Shown here: in pieces, positions 10,115 through 19,946 of the stretch
Layout: each line of letters starts with the position of its first letter
Position numbering within the stretch: position 1 is the first letter of the stretch
Source: Pyrodictiaceae archaeon
GTDB taxonomy: Archaea > Thermoproteota > Thermoprotei_A > Sulfolobales > Pyrodictiaceae
Assembly: GCA_027046265.1 (NCBI GenBank)
Contig: JALTZF010000040.1
Location: forward strand, 2,339 to 66,338
Length of the DNA: 64,000 nt
Reading direction: 5' to 3'
Translations under genes and position numbers: made by a program
The notes under the pieces: model-generated
Databases searched by the model: none
What the model was told of the DNA's origin: nothing
Seen by the model: only the letters and a program-made list of their open reading frames with translations

Positions 10115-11971
10115 TTATGCGGCATGTTTCTTTGCAAGCTCTACGGCGTCGTGAAGGCCGAGTTTTTCTAGGGTTTCAGGTTTTGGCACGCCGTTTTCTG
10201 CCCAGCCCCTCTCACGGTAGTACATTTTTAGCATTTCTATGAACTTTTCTTTGTCAAGTTTTGCACCCTTTAGTGGGCCTTTTGTTAGTGGCTCCTTGAA
10301 CCATCTATCTGGCGGTAGGTCCATCTCAATACTCCATCCACCGTGCTCTCTAACCCATATCATTCTTATGAGTGCATAGATTCTATCAGCTACAGTGTAA
10401 TGATCCTCTAGGCTGTAGCTTAGCCCGGTTGCTTTCTGGAACATTCTAACGTAGAAGTCCAGGCTTATGCCAGTCTCGACTACTGGAAATCTACACCCTA
10501 CTGTTGTCTCGAATAGTCCTCCACGGAATCTTTGCAGCTCTATTAGCTTTCTCACTTTCTCAATTCCGTAGTCGAAGCGTCCATGCTGGACTTCCCATGC
10601 TATCAGCCATGCGTCCTTGTGGTGAGCCCCTATAGGACTTGTGGCGTAGGCGAGGGCCATGCCCGGTGCTGCATGACAATCATATGCGCTTATCTCTAGG
10701 CCTTTAACGTGCATTGCATACCATGTCTCGCCTACGTGTTCAGAAACTCTCTTCACACCCTCTGCAAGTAGGTCTCCAACCCCCTCTCTCTTTGCTATCA
10801 TGACTGCTATCTCTGCAAGCTTCCTGGCCTCACCCCAAGACGCGCCGAGTTCTAGTTTACCACGCTCAGCTGCTTCAAGAGCATAGGCTAGTACTCCTCC
10901 TAGGCTTATAGTGTCTAATCCCATTGCATCAGCAACTCTATTTAGTATAGCCGCGTCCTCTAGTTTTCCTATGCCAAGATTGCTTCCAAGCATTGCAACG
11001 TTCTCGTAGTCTAACTCAACAAGCATGCCCTCACTATCCCTAATAGTATGGCCGCACGCCATGACGCAGAGAGGGCAACTATGGAGTTCCACCCTTATCT
11101 TCTCCATGTAATTACCGCCAATCTTCTCATAGTCCTCGAATACTCCTTCACGGAAGTTGTATGAAGGCAGTACGCTGGCCTGTTGTGCCCACTCAACTGT
11201 CATCATTGTGCCTTGTCTCATCCAGAAATCGTAGTTAGGGCTCTTCTTTACGGCTCGAATGGCCTCAGTCGCAGCCTTCATGTACTCATCTGGATCGTAA
11301 AGTTCAGGCTTCTTTGAGCCCTTGAAGACCATTGCTTTTAGCTTCTTGCTACCCATCACTGCACCTATGCCAGGCCTACCTCCACTGCGGCCTTTCTGAG
11401 ATACTATAGTAGCAAACCTTACCTTGTTTTCGCCAGCAGGCCCGATCAGTATTATTCCTGCATTCTTACCATACTTCTCCACAAGCTTATCATATGCTGT
11501 AAACGCGTCCAAGCCCCATAGGTCGTCTGCTGGATCAAGCCACGCTTTATCATCCTCGACAACTAGAACTGATGGCTTCTTGGCTACGCCGCTAACAACC
11601 AAGGCATCCCATCCAGCGGCGCGAAGACCAACAGCAGCCCATGTGCCTATGTTCCCGTCACCATAACCATTTGTTAGAGGGCTCTTAGCCGCTACAACTA
11701 GTTTGCCGAGGTTCGGTCCTGGTAATGCTGTTAAGGGGCCAGCAGCAATTATTAAGAGGTTATCAGGGCCGAAGGGATCCGTGCCTGCTGGCATGTGATC
11801 CCATATTATCTTTGCCGCAAAGCCTCTTCCACCAATGAACATTCTTGCCATTTCGCCTGGATAACGCCACTCCTTCTTTTCCTCGCGGCTTAAGTCGTAC
11901 CATAAAATCCTCTTGTACCAACCAAAGAGCTTGTTAGAAGTCAACTTGGTCACCACAGAACACTTATCCAT
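10115..11971 (-). CDS. aor: tungsten-containing aldehyde:ferredoxin oxidoreductase family protein
   Basis: AOR N-terminal domain (GGRGFAAKIIWDHMPAGTDPFGPDNLLIIAAGPLT) and a conserved C-terminal domain. The ORF-track N-terminal 50 aa are hydrophobic junk overlapping the upstream gene, so ATG 11971 (MDKCSVV) is used. Confidence 0.9.
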   Translation of the reverse strand: MDKCSVVTKLTSNKLFGWYKRILWYDLSREEKKEWRYPGEMARMFIGGRGFAAKIIWDHMPAGTDPFGPDNLLIIAAGPLTALPGPNLGKLVVAAKSPLTNGYGDGNIGTWAAVGLRAAGWDALVVSGVAKKPSVLVVEDDKAWLDPADDLWGLDAFTAYDKLVEKYGKNAGIILIGPAGENKVRFATIVSQKGRSGGRPGIGAVMGSKKLKAMVFKGSKKPELYDPDEYMKAATEAIRAVKKSPNYDFWMRQGTMMTVEWAQQASVLPSYNFREGVFEDYEKIGGNYMEKIRVELHSCPLCVMACGHTIRDSEGMLVELDYENVAMLGSNLGIGKLEDAAILNRVADAMGLDTISLGGVLAYALEAAERGKLELGASWGEARKLAEIAVMIAKREGVGDLLAEGVKRVSEHVGETWYAMHVKGLEISAYDCHAAPGMALAYATSPIGAHHKDAWLIAWEVQHGRFDYGIEKVRKLIELQRFRGGLFETTVGCRFPVVETGISLDFYVRMFQKATGLSYSLEDHYTVADRIYALIRMIWVREHGGWSIEMDLPPDRWFKEPLTKGPLKGAKLDKEKFIEMLKMYYRERGWAENGVPKPETLEKLGLHDAVELAKKHAA

Positions 11972-12041
11972 AATACTACTCAGAATAGTTATGAAGAATA
12001 AAAATGATACTATGTATAGGCCGAAATATGGTAGGAACAGG

Positions 12042-12938
12042 CTATGATGACTCAACAGCTTTAAGAATGTACTCAGCCACGTCTTCAATGTCATGTCCAG
12101 GAGCATAGTCTGTATCAACATAGTCTAACTCGAAGACCTTTAATGGTTTAACTAATGACAGCACTTCACTGCTTCTAACACTTGTGGGTCTTAATGAAGA
12201 AACTACTTCAACAGCCTTAGCTACGTCAGATCCATCATATACTATAACTCTGCCAGGTGATACAGCAAGGAAAAGCCTTGATCTTAAGGTAAGAGGTATA
12301 GGTACGACAGCATCATTAAATGACTCTATTAGAAATATCTCTCTTCTTTTAGCCATTATCCTAGCACAATAGTCTGCTTCAGAAACAAGTTGTGGACTTG
12401 TAAGTACTTCATCAAAGACTTTCGACTCGACATCAACTATTTCATTGCCTCTGGATTTTATATTATTATAGAGCTCTCTTACAACCCTAGCTAGTGCTGG
12501 CGGTGTATCATATAGCTTTTCTAGGCTGAAAACATGCACATACGTCATTGAGCCACTTTCTGAACACCTTGTATACCTAAGTGCAACAGCTTGGTTCAGC
12601 AAGCTTTCATGGCGTGTAACGAATTCACGTATTCTACTAGTGTACTTTGCCGAGTCACGCGGAACTAGAAGTGTATCCATAAATTGTAGTGCTTCTGGTT
12701 TAGCCTCATTGAGCGCCTCGGCAATGCGTATAGCATCGCCACCAACAAGTACACCATTTTCAATAGAGTAACGTAGACTGAATTCTTGCCCCCAAATGTT
12801 ATGTGAGCCTATAGGTTTTGAAGCATAAATGTTAACACCTATTTCTCGTAAATAGCGTAGAAGACGTACTGTAAGACGAGTCTTCCCACTATCAAATGGT
12901 AGTAGGCCAATAATAGTTATAATGTGCGCCGCTAGCAT
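12042..12938 (-). CDS. P-loop NTPase, dethiobiotin-synthase-like fold (hypothetical)
   Basis: N-terminal IIGLLPFDSGKT P-loop and a later ESFNDA acidic motif. No closer assignment is possible. Confidence 0.4.
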   Translation of the reverse strand: MLAAHIITIIGLLPFDSGKTRLTVRLLRYLREIGVNIYASKPIGSHNIWGQEFSLRYSIENGVLVGGDAIRIAEALNEAKPEALQFMDTLLVPRDSAKYTSRIREFVTRHESLLNQAVALRYTRCSESGSMTYVHVFSLEKLYDTPPALARVVRELYNNIKSRGNEIVDVESKVFDEVLTSPQLVSEADYCARIMAKRREIFLIESFNDAVVPIPLTLRSRLFLAVSPGRVIVYDGSDVAKAVEVVSSLRPTSVRSSEVLSLVKPLKVFELDYVDTDYAPGHDIEDVAEYILKAVESS

Positions 12939-13069
12939 AGGACAGCCCTATTACTAGTACTATCACTTATATAGGGTTGCCTGTTTAGTTCTTTTTAGTT
13001 CTTTAACGCCAGTCTCCAAATTGGCTAGTAATTCAACATAGAGTCAAAGCTGGTCTTCAGTAGATTTAT

Positions 13070-13990
13070 CTATGTTCTCTGGGCAATACCCACAGCTTCT
13101 TCAAGGCTTCTAAAGCCATGGCTTTTTAACCATTCTACTAGACCATCAAGCACATCCCTAACAAGGGACCGCCCCTTAACTGCCAGCATACTGCCAGCTT
13201 GTAAAGCTCTTGCCCCTGCCGCAACAAATTCAGCTGCTGTCTTCCAGTCTTGAATCCCGCCAACACCGATAATACAAGGTCTCAACTCTCTGTAGACCTC
13301 ATAGACAACCCTAACAGCTACTGGGTGGATTGGCGGCCCAGATAAGCCACCAACAACATTTGAGAGTACAGGCTTTAGTGTATGTACATCAATGTATGTA
13401 GCCCTAATAGTGTTTATCAATGTTAGACACCTAGCACCAGCCTCGAGGGCCTTCTCAGAGGACTTTACCACATAGTCGCTCAAACCAAGCTTTGCATATA
13501 CCGGCACCTTTACACTGCTAGTAACCGTTCTTACAACATTATATACCATTCTAGGATCAGAACCTATTTCTAGGCCATAACCTTTTGTATGGGGGCAACT
13601 TAAGTTGAGTTCAATCGCTGAAGCTCCATGCTCGTCAGCTACTATGGCTACCTCTCTGAACTCCTCCGGTGTTGTACCACCAGCACTAACTATTACTGGG
13701 AGCCCTAGCGCTTTACCCGCATCAATGAGTTCTGGGAGTGCGTCCTTCCCAGGGTTTGCCAGGCCTACAGCATTGAGAAAGCCTCCTGTGGGGAGTTCTA
13801 TTATGATTGGTGTCTCGTAACCCCTTCTTGGCTGAGGAGTAAAGGTCTTGGTTACAACAGCAGCTAGTCCCCACTCCTTGTATCGCCTCATATGATCCTT
13901 GTCATTGCCTAGTATACCACTTGCATTCATAAGTGGGTGTGAAAGATTAATACCGGGTATCCTCACACTCAAGACGCCTTGTTTAGTCAA
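13070..13990 (-). CDS. pyrD: dihydroorotate dehydrogenase, catalytic subunit (class 1B)
   Basis: LMNASGILG, ELNLSCPHT and GVGGI motifs. There is a 4-nt overlap with pyrC. Confidence 0.85.
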   Translation of the reverse strand: MTKQGVLSVRIPGINLSHPLMNASGILGNDKDHMRRYKEWGLAAVVTKTFTPQPRRGYETPIIIELPTGGFLNAVGLANPGKDALPELIDAGKALGLPVIVSAGGTTPEEFREVAIVADEHGASAIELNLSCPHTKGYGLEIGSDPRMVYNVVRTVTSSVKVPVYAKLGLSDYVVKSSEKALEAGARCLTLINTIRATYIDVHTLKPVLSNVVGGLSGPPIHPVAVRVVYEVYRELRPCIIGVGGIQDWKTAAEFVAAGARALQAGSMLAVKGRSLVRDVLDGLVEWLKSHGFRSLEEAVGIAQRT

Positions 13991-15270
13991 TCTATGCCAT
14001 CACCCGTGAGCCTAGGTTTCATGGGCGCATAACCGTCTGCATACACGAAAAACCCTCTAACAATAGTTGCTATAGGCTCACCCCTGTACTTGAAACCATC
14101 AAACGGTGAATACTTGGCTTTCGAAAAGAATTTGGATGAGTCGATTACACCCTCTCTCTTTAAGTCTACTACTGTGAAGCTTGCTATGCAGCCAGGCTCA
14201 AGGCAACCATACCTAGAGAGGCCAAGTATTCTTCTAGGATTATAGTTTGTTAGCATAACGGCATCCCACAGACTAAGCAAGCCTCTATTGACAAGAGTGT
14301 AGAGGAGCCTTAGTGATACTTCAAGCCCAGGAAACCCTGGTGGGCACTCTTGAAAGCTCTGCTGTTTCTCGGTAATACTGTGTGGAGCATGGTCCGTAGC
14401 CCACGCATCCACCATGCCGGATGCTAGGTGCTTAAGTAGTTTATCTCTCACATTTGGAGGTCTCAGTGGTGGATTGACTTTAGCTATACACCCAAGCCTC
14501 CTCTCGTAGCTGCTGTCAAGTAAGACATAGTGAGGGCATGTGTCAACAGTAAACCCGTGAGCTTTCGCTTTTAGGAGAAGCCTAGAGCTTGTGACGTGTG
14601 TTATGTGAGTCTTTACACTCTTGAAAACATCTAGGAACTCATTAACACACTTCACCTCAGAGAGTACTGGTCTGCAACGACTTCTCTCACCCCGTTGGCA
14701 ATTCTCGCTTATGTATTGTGGATGCTCACAATGTACTATTAATACCTTCTTGTGGTTACGAAGTATACTTACCGCCCTTTCATCAATAAGCTGGAGGTCC
14801 TCTGGGTAGAGCTTTAAGCCTAGGACACGCTTCTCTCTTAGCATACCATCTAGTCCCATAAGATTCCTTGTATACCCTATGTACACGCCATAGTCCACGT
14901 ATGCTTTCTGTCTTAGAGATGCAAGCTTCTCACTCAGGGCCTGCATGTTGTTTATGCGTGGAGAAGTGTTGGGCATATCAACAACAAATGTTATCCCGCC
15001 AGTTGCAGCCGCGAGCGTTCCTGTTTCTTCGTCTTCTTTATAGCTTAGTTTAAGGCCTCTGAGGTGTACATGTATGTCTATTGCTCCCGGTAAGATAACG
15101 CGGTTGCCCTCGATCCTGGCCACTTTGCCTTCCTTGCAAGTATAACCCATGCACGCTTTAGTAATCATGCCGTCACGAATCACTAGAGAAGCCTCAATAA
15201 TAGTTGACCCTATTAGTACTCGTCCCTGAAGAGTGTAGTTTTCAGGGTCAACATCAAATCTTATGCTCAA
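13987..15270 (-). CDS. pyrC: dihydroorotase
   Basis: Amidohydrolase signature AIDIHVHLRG and ATDHAPH. The ORF-track start (15336) overlaps pyrK by 83 nt, so TTG 15270 (LSIRFDVDPE) is the more likely start. Confidence 0.75.
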   Translation of the reverse strand: MSIRFDVDPENYTLQGRVLIGSTIIEASLVIRDGMITKACMGYTCKEGKVARIEGNRVILPGAIDIHVHLRGLKLSYKEDEETGTLAAATGGITFVVDMPNTSPRINNMQALSEKLASLRQKAYVDYGVYIGYTRNLMGLDGMLREKRVLGLKLYPEDLQLIDERAVSILRNHKKVLIVHCEHPQYISENCQRGERSRCRPVLSEVKCVNEFLDVFKSVKTHITHVTSSRLLLKAKAHGFTVDTCPHYVLLDSSYERRLGCIAKVNPPLRPPNVRDKLLKHLASGMVDAWATDHAPHSITEKQQSFQECPPGFPGLEVSLRLLYTLVNRGLLSLWDAVMLTNYNPRRILGLSRYGCLEPGCIASFTVVDLKREGVIDSSKFFSKAKYSPFDGFKYRGEPIATIVRGFFVYADGYAPMKPRLTGDGID

Positions 15271-16036
15271 AGTACGACACCACACTACTATAGCGGAATG
15301 CTGGCCCATCAACACAAAGTAGGAAAGGTGTTCCACGCACTATACATGATCCACACATTCCTATTCCACATCTCACCTCCTCCTCGAGAAGCACTATAGG
15401 GTCTATATTGAGGCCCCGCATTCTCTGAACTAGACTTGTAAGCATTGGTCTAGGGCCAGCAGAAACAACGTCTGATGGTTTGTCTCTTCTTGCCAGCTCA
15501 TAAGCGAGGTCCACTGCTGTTCCACAGAACCCGTATCCACAATCATCTGTTGCGACATACACCTCCACAGCCCTAGGCATTACCCTCTTGAGAAAGCTAT
15601 GAACTTTCTCTGCATCCTGAGAACTAGGTGTACCCCATACAAGCATCACTTGCTTGCCAGACTCGATAAGCTTTTGCGAGGCGAATATCATTGGTGCAAG
15701 CCCTGTGCCTCCGGCTACTAGCATGATTTTATCGCCGCTAACCATGCCAGTAAAACTTCTGCCAAGAGGTGCCTTGACGCCTAACCTGCTGCCCGGGCTT
15801 AACTTGGCGAGTCTCTGTGTACCCTTACCAACTACTTTAAAGAAAATTGAAACAGTATCATTGTTAAGTGTTGCTATGCTCATTGGTATTTCTTTAAGAC
15901 GAGGAAGCCAAATAATCAAGAACTGGCCCGGGCCTGCCTCAATAACATCCTCTATTATCCTCATTTCAAGCCAGTAGTATGTCTGTGAGATTCTCTCAAT
16001 ATGCTCAACAACCGCGGGTCTTGGTACTCCTTTCAA
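15254..16036 (-). CDS. pyrK: dihydroorotate dehydrogenase electron-transfer subunit
   Basis: FAD/NAD-binding fold plus the C-terminal 2Fe-2S motif CGIGMCGSC. Confidence 0.8.
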   Translation of the reverse strand: MKGVPRPAVVEHIERISQTYYWLEMRIIEDVIEAGPGQFLIIWLPRLKEIPMSIATLNNDTVSIFFKVVGKGTQRLAKLSPGSRLGVKAPLGRSFTGMVSGDKIMLVAGGTGLAPMIFASQKLIESGKQVMLVWGTPSSQDAEKVHSFLKRVMPRAVEVYVATDDCGYGFCGTAVDLAYELARRDKPSDVVSAGPRPMLTSLVQRMRGLNIDPIVLLEEEVRCGIGMCGSCIVRGTPFLLCVDGPAFRYSSVVSYFEHKI

Positions 16037-16068
16037 CTTCTACACGCCCATGACAAGGGCTCTTCGCG

Positions 16069-16548
16069 CTATGCCATGAGTAATTTCTCTACCTCATCTT
16101 CTCTGATTATTGTGCCACAATATACGCATTGCAGAACCAGTGGCGACCTTGAAGCTACTTTAAATCTTGAAACCACATGTTCTCTAGGCTTATTCGTTAT
16201 ACATGTTGGATTCGGGCACTTTAGAATACCCACAATATCATCTGGAACTTCTACACGAAGCTTCTTGTGGACAACGTAGTTCCGTATAATGTTTATAGTC
16301 GCTGTAGGGGCTACAAGAGCTATAGCATTAACCTCCTTACTTGAAAGTTCCCGATTCTCAATCTTTATTATATCCTTACGTCCAAGCTTCCTACTCTCCA
16401 CATTCATTAAGACAGCCGTTCTCAGCCCCTCCTTACCAGTTATGCTGAGTATCCTCAACACCGCTAATGCCTTACCTGCAGGTATATGGTCTATTACAGT
16501 GCCATCCCTAATCTTAGAGACAGTTAGGGACGCCTTTTCTGGGCTCAA
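16069..16548 (-). CDS. pyrI: aspartate carbamoyltransferase regulatory subunit
   Basis: [15 protein letters not shown]-domain and a C-terminal Zn motif (CPNPTC...CVYC). It overlaps pyrB by 4 nt. Confidence 0.85.
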   Translation of the reverse strand: MSPEKASLTVSKIRDGTVIDHIPAGKALAVLRILSITGKEGLRTAVLMNVESRKLGRKDIIKIENRELSSKEVNAIALVAPTATINIIRNYVVHKKLRVEVPDDIVGILKCPNPTCITNKPREHVVSRFKVASRSPLVLQCVYCGTIIREDEVEKLLMA

Positions 16549-17468
16549 GGCTTAACACCTACTATGAGAGAGAGTAAGGCCATACGTACAGGGACACCAA
16601 AACGTGCTTGTGTGAAGTATGCAGCATGCCTTGTCGAGTCGACCTCTGGATCTATCTCGTCAACGCGCGGAAGAGGATGGAGGATCTTCATGTGGTCTTT
16701 AGCTTTTTCAAGCAGCTTCAACGTTATACGGTATGACCCTTTTACTCTCTCGTACTCTAGGGGATCTGGAAACCTTTCCTTCTGGACTCGCGTCACATAC
16801 ATCACGTCAATCTCACCTATGACTTCTTCAACGCTTCTCTTCTCCTCGTATTTCACACCCTTCTCCTTGAGAACCCTTACAACTTCAGGGCGTGCTCGTA
16901 GTAGTGGAGGTGATACAAGGTAGACTTTCTCTGGCTCAAACAGTGTTAAACCGTATATGAACGATGAAGCTGCACGCCCATAGCGTAGGTCTCCGACAAC
17001 TGCGTACACCAGTCCGTCCACTTTATTGAATAGTTTCCAGATAGTGAACAAATCCAGCATAGCTTGTGTTGGATGATGCTGTTTCCCGTCACCCGCATTT
17101 ATGACTGGATGCTCTGCTATCTCAGCAGCGTAAAGAGCCGCACCCTCATTCTTGTGTCTCACAACTATCATGTCTGCATAGCCGTCAAGCATTCTTATTG
17201 TGTCAGCAAAAGTCTCACCTTTTGCTAGGCTTGTACCCTCCTCTGACGTGAACCCTATGACTTTTGCTCCTAGAAGCTTTGCTGCTGTCTCAAAGCTTAG
17301 CCTTGTCCTCGTCGAGGGCTCGAAGAATGCTAGAGCCACAACATAGTCTTCTAATAACTTGTAGCTACGCCTATTTGAGGAGAAATAGTCTGCCAGCCCA
17401 AAAAGCTCCTCAAGATCCCCGCGCGTGAAGTCAAGAATCGAGATTACATCTCTACCCCTAAAACCCAC
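16545..17468 (-). CDS. pyrB: aspartate carbamoyltransferase catalytic subunit
   Basis: STRTR and HPTQ motifs plus HPLPR. Confidence 0.9.
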   Translation of the reverse strand: MGFRGRDVISILDFTRGDLEELFGLADYFSSNRRSYKLLEDYVVALAFFEPSTRTRLSFETAAKLLGAKVIGFTSEEGTSLAKGETFADTIRMLDGYADMIVVRHKNEGAALYAAEIAEHPVINAGDGKQHHPTQAMLDLFTIWKLFNKVDGLVYAVVGDLRYGRAASSFIYGLTLFEPEKVYLVSPPLLRARPEVVRVLKEKGVKYEEKRSVEEVIGEIDVMYVTRVQKERFPDPLEYERVKGSYRITLKLLEKAKDHMKILHPLPRVDEIDPEVDSTRHAAYFTQARFGVPVRMALLSLIVGVKP

Positions 17469-17516
17469 GCGCTACCCTGGCATGGTGTAAATGTTGCGAC
17501 AAGGGGTATTTATTAT

Positions 17517-18116
17517 CTACGCAGACGTAGAGCGTATGTACTCTAGTATCCTCCTGGCATCATCAACACTGAGGAATCCCATCCTGGTAGCAACATCTAC
17601 CAGAACACTTACATTCATTAGAGCGTAGAACTTGACCCCCAAGCCTTCAATACGCCTCCTAGCCCCCTGCTCGCGATCAACAACAACAACAGCCGCCACA
17701 GGTTTGGCACCATGTCTTTTCAATGCTTCGATAGCTAATGAGAGACTAGCACCCGTTGTCGCTACATCATCAACAACAACTACAGTCTTACCCTCTAATC
17801 CGCCTTCCACAAGAGACTCTGTGCCATGCTGTTTTCTTGCCAGCCTCACATAGCCCAAAGGCTTACCAGAAAGACAAGCCATGTATGTGGCTAAGGGAAT
17901 CCCAGCTGTTGCAACACCAGCCAGCGCATCATACTCTGTGTCAACTAGCTGTAGGAGCAGGCTAGCCACCATACGCGCTGTTTGTGGGTAAGAATAGAGT
18001 CGTCTAAGATCTATGTAGAAAGGACTTTCAAGGCCAGAAGTTAGCTTGAATGAACCGACCTTAAACATGCCCTCTCTCACTATTACCTCAACAATCTCTG
18101 CTAACTCTAACTGCAT
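17517..18116 (-). CDS. pyrE: orotate phosphoribosyltransferase
   Basis: PRPP-binding motif VVVVDDVATTGAS. It sits in the pyr cluster and overlaps pyrF by 10 nt. Confidence 0.85.
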   Translation of the reverse strand: MQLELAEIVEVIVREGMFKVGSFKLTSGLESPFYIDLRRLYSYPQTARMVASLLLQLVDTEYDALAGVATAGIPLATYMACLSGKPLGYVRLARKQHGTESLVEGGLEGKTVVVVDDVATTGASLSLAIEALKRHGAKPVAAVVVVDREQGARRRIEGLGVKFYALMNVSVLVDVATRMGFLSVDDARRILEYIRSTSA

Positions 18117-18787
18117 AGCCTCATCATCTCCTTCTGCATCTCAAGCACTTCAATAGCTTTCTGGTAAGGGTTCCTTGAGAGCGTTATGAGTCTCCCAACT
18201 ATTTCATAGTCTGCTCCCGCACATAGAGCTTCTCCAGGTGTTGCCCCTTGCACTCCGATGCCTGGAGAAAGTATCCTCATATTTTCTCTAAGGCGCTTAC
18301 GCGCCATTCTTATAAGATCAGTATTTGTTGCTGGAAGTACTATACCCCAAGGCGCTACCTTCAAGGCTATTTCTAATAGATCACCATAAGCCTTCCACAT
18401 GACTTCACTTGCACCCCTATGACTCATCGCGACGACCAATACGAGCTTTACGCCGAGATCATCACACATCTTCTTCAAATCCTCTAGAGCATCCTTATAC
18501 CCCACAAACGCATGAGCTATCACAGCATCAACTCCTGCATCCGCCAAAAGCTTAGCTGAAATAGACATTACATACCCTATATCAGCCAGTTTAAGGTCAG
18601 CAATAAGCATAGCACCTCCCAATCTCTCTGACAGCCTCTCAACACCCTTAATGCCCGCAGAGAGTATGAAGGGTAACCCTATCTTGAAGCCTCTTACAAC
18701 ACCATGAAGAGAGTCAACTATTCCGAGAGCCCATGTTAAGGGGTCACCTAGCCCGACAGGCGGATCAAGCGCCACAATCAGAGTCAA
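18107..18787 (-). CDS. pyrF: orotidine 5'-phosphate decarboxylase
   Basis: LIVALD, ADLKLADIG and VVAMSH motifs of the OMPdecase family. Confidence 0.8.
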   Translation of the reverse strand: MTLIVALDPPVGLGDPLTWALGIVDSLHGVVRGFKIGLPFILSAGIKGVERLSERLGGAMLIADLKLADIGYVMSISAKLLADAGVDAVIAHAFVGYKDALEDLKKMCDDLGVKLVLVVAMSHRGASEVMWKAYGDLLEIALKVAPWGIVLPATNTDLIRMARKRLRENMRILSPGIGVQGATPGEALCAGADYEIVGRLITLSRNPYQKAIEVLEMQKEMMRLCS

Positions 18788-18955
18788 CGCTAACCCTCCA
18801 CTACTTGTTGTTTCTGGCTCTCCTAGTCTAAATAAGAAGCTGAGAGTCTAAGGGCTCGCCCTTAAGCCTGGCCAGCAATCAGGCTCAACACCTACTGCCG
18901 TCTAGCATGAAGCCAGGTACTTAATCCTCCCTGCATTACAAGGTTTTCTGGGTGC

Positions 18956-19906
18956 ATGATAGTGGAAACCACAGAGAAGCTCCTTGACAAGTTGGAGCAG
19001 CTACGGCGGCGACGAAGAGCTGTTATTCTCGCACACAACTACATAATTCCAGAAATCCAGGATATTGCCGACTTTGTTGGTGATAGTCTCGAGCTGGCCA
19101 TCAAGGCTGCTGAGGCTGAAGCCGACGTCATTGTTCTCGTTGGAGTAAACTTCATGGCTGAAGTAGCTAAGCTCCTCAACCCTGACAGGACAGTGTTACA
19201 TCCCGAGCCCCAAGCCGGGTGTCCTCTTGCGAGCTTTGTTACTCCACGAATGCTAAGGAGCGCTAAACAAGAGTACCGTGCACCCGTGCTACTCTACGTT
19301 AACTCTTACGCAGCCACAAAAGCAGAAGCAGACTATGTTGTCACAAGTGCGTCAGCCCTACAGGCAGCCAAGAAGCTTAGTAGAGAGTACGATAGAATAA
19401 TCTTCTCTCCCGATAGAAACCTAGCAGACTGGATACAAGAACAAGTGCCCCACCTCGAAGTCGTGCCCATACCGCGGCATGGCCACTGCCCCGTGCACGA
19501 GTTCCTAGTAAGCAAATACTATGTTATGAAGGCACGTGAGGAACACCCCAACGCCAAGATACTAGTACACCCCGAAGCACCACGCGACGCAAGAAGAATA
19601 GCTGACTACGTAGGCAGCACGAGCCAGATGGTACGCTATATAGGCAAAACAGACCCTAGAGGAGAGTACGTACTTGGCACAGAAGAGGGGCTCGCATATA
19701 GAGCCAAGAAACTGTATCCAGAAGCAAAAGTATACCCTGTTACTCCACGGGCTGTCTGCATAAACATGAAGAAGCTTACTCTAGATAAACTAGTCTGGAG
19801 CCTTGAAACCCTAAAGCCCCAAGTAAGAATACCCAGCGAGATAGCTAAGAAGGCTAGAGAAGCTGTTGAACGTGGCCTAGAGCTGGTAGGCAAGAAACCA
19901 AAGTAG
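18956..19906 (+). CDS. nadA: quinolinate synthase
   Basis: AHNY..PEIQDIADFVGDSL N-terminus, three-domain length, and operon context with nadC. Confidence 0.9.
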   Translation: MIVETTEKLLDKLEQLRRRRRAVILAHNYIIPEIQDIADFVGDSLELAIKAAEAEADVIVLVGVNFMAEVAKLLNPDRTVLHPEPQAGCPLASFVTPRMLRSAKQEYRAPVLLYVNSYAATKAEADYVVTSASALQAAKKLSREYDRIIFSPDRNLADWIQEQVPHLEVVPIPRHGHCPVHEFLVSKYYVMKAREEHPNAKILVHPEAPRDARRIADYVGSTSQMVRYIGKTDPRGEYVLGTEEGLAYRAKKLYPEAKVYPVTPRAVCINMKKLTLDKLVWSLETLKPQVRIPSEIAKKAREAVERGLELVGKKPK

Positions 19907-19946
19907 CGTAGTACTCAGCTCATACACACCCCGAACATATCATCCC

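Noticed and set aside
11972-12121. 50-aa N-terminal extension of the AOR ORF in the ORF track.
   Set aside because: It is a hydrophobic, non-conserved-looking extension that overlaps the upstream gene. The AOR family N-terminus begins near MDKC (ATG 11971).
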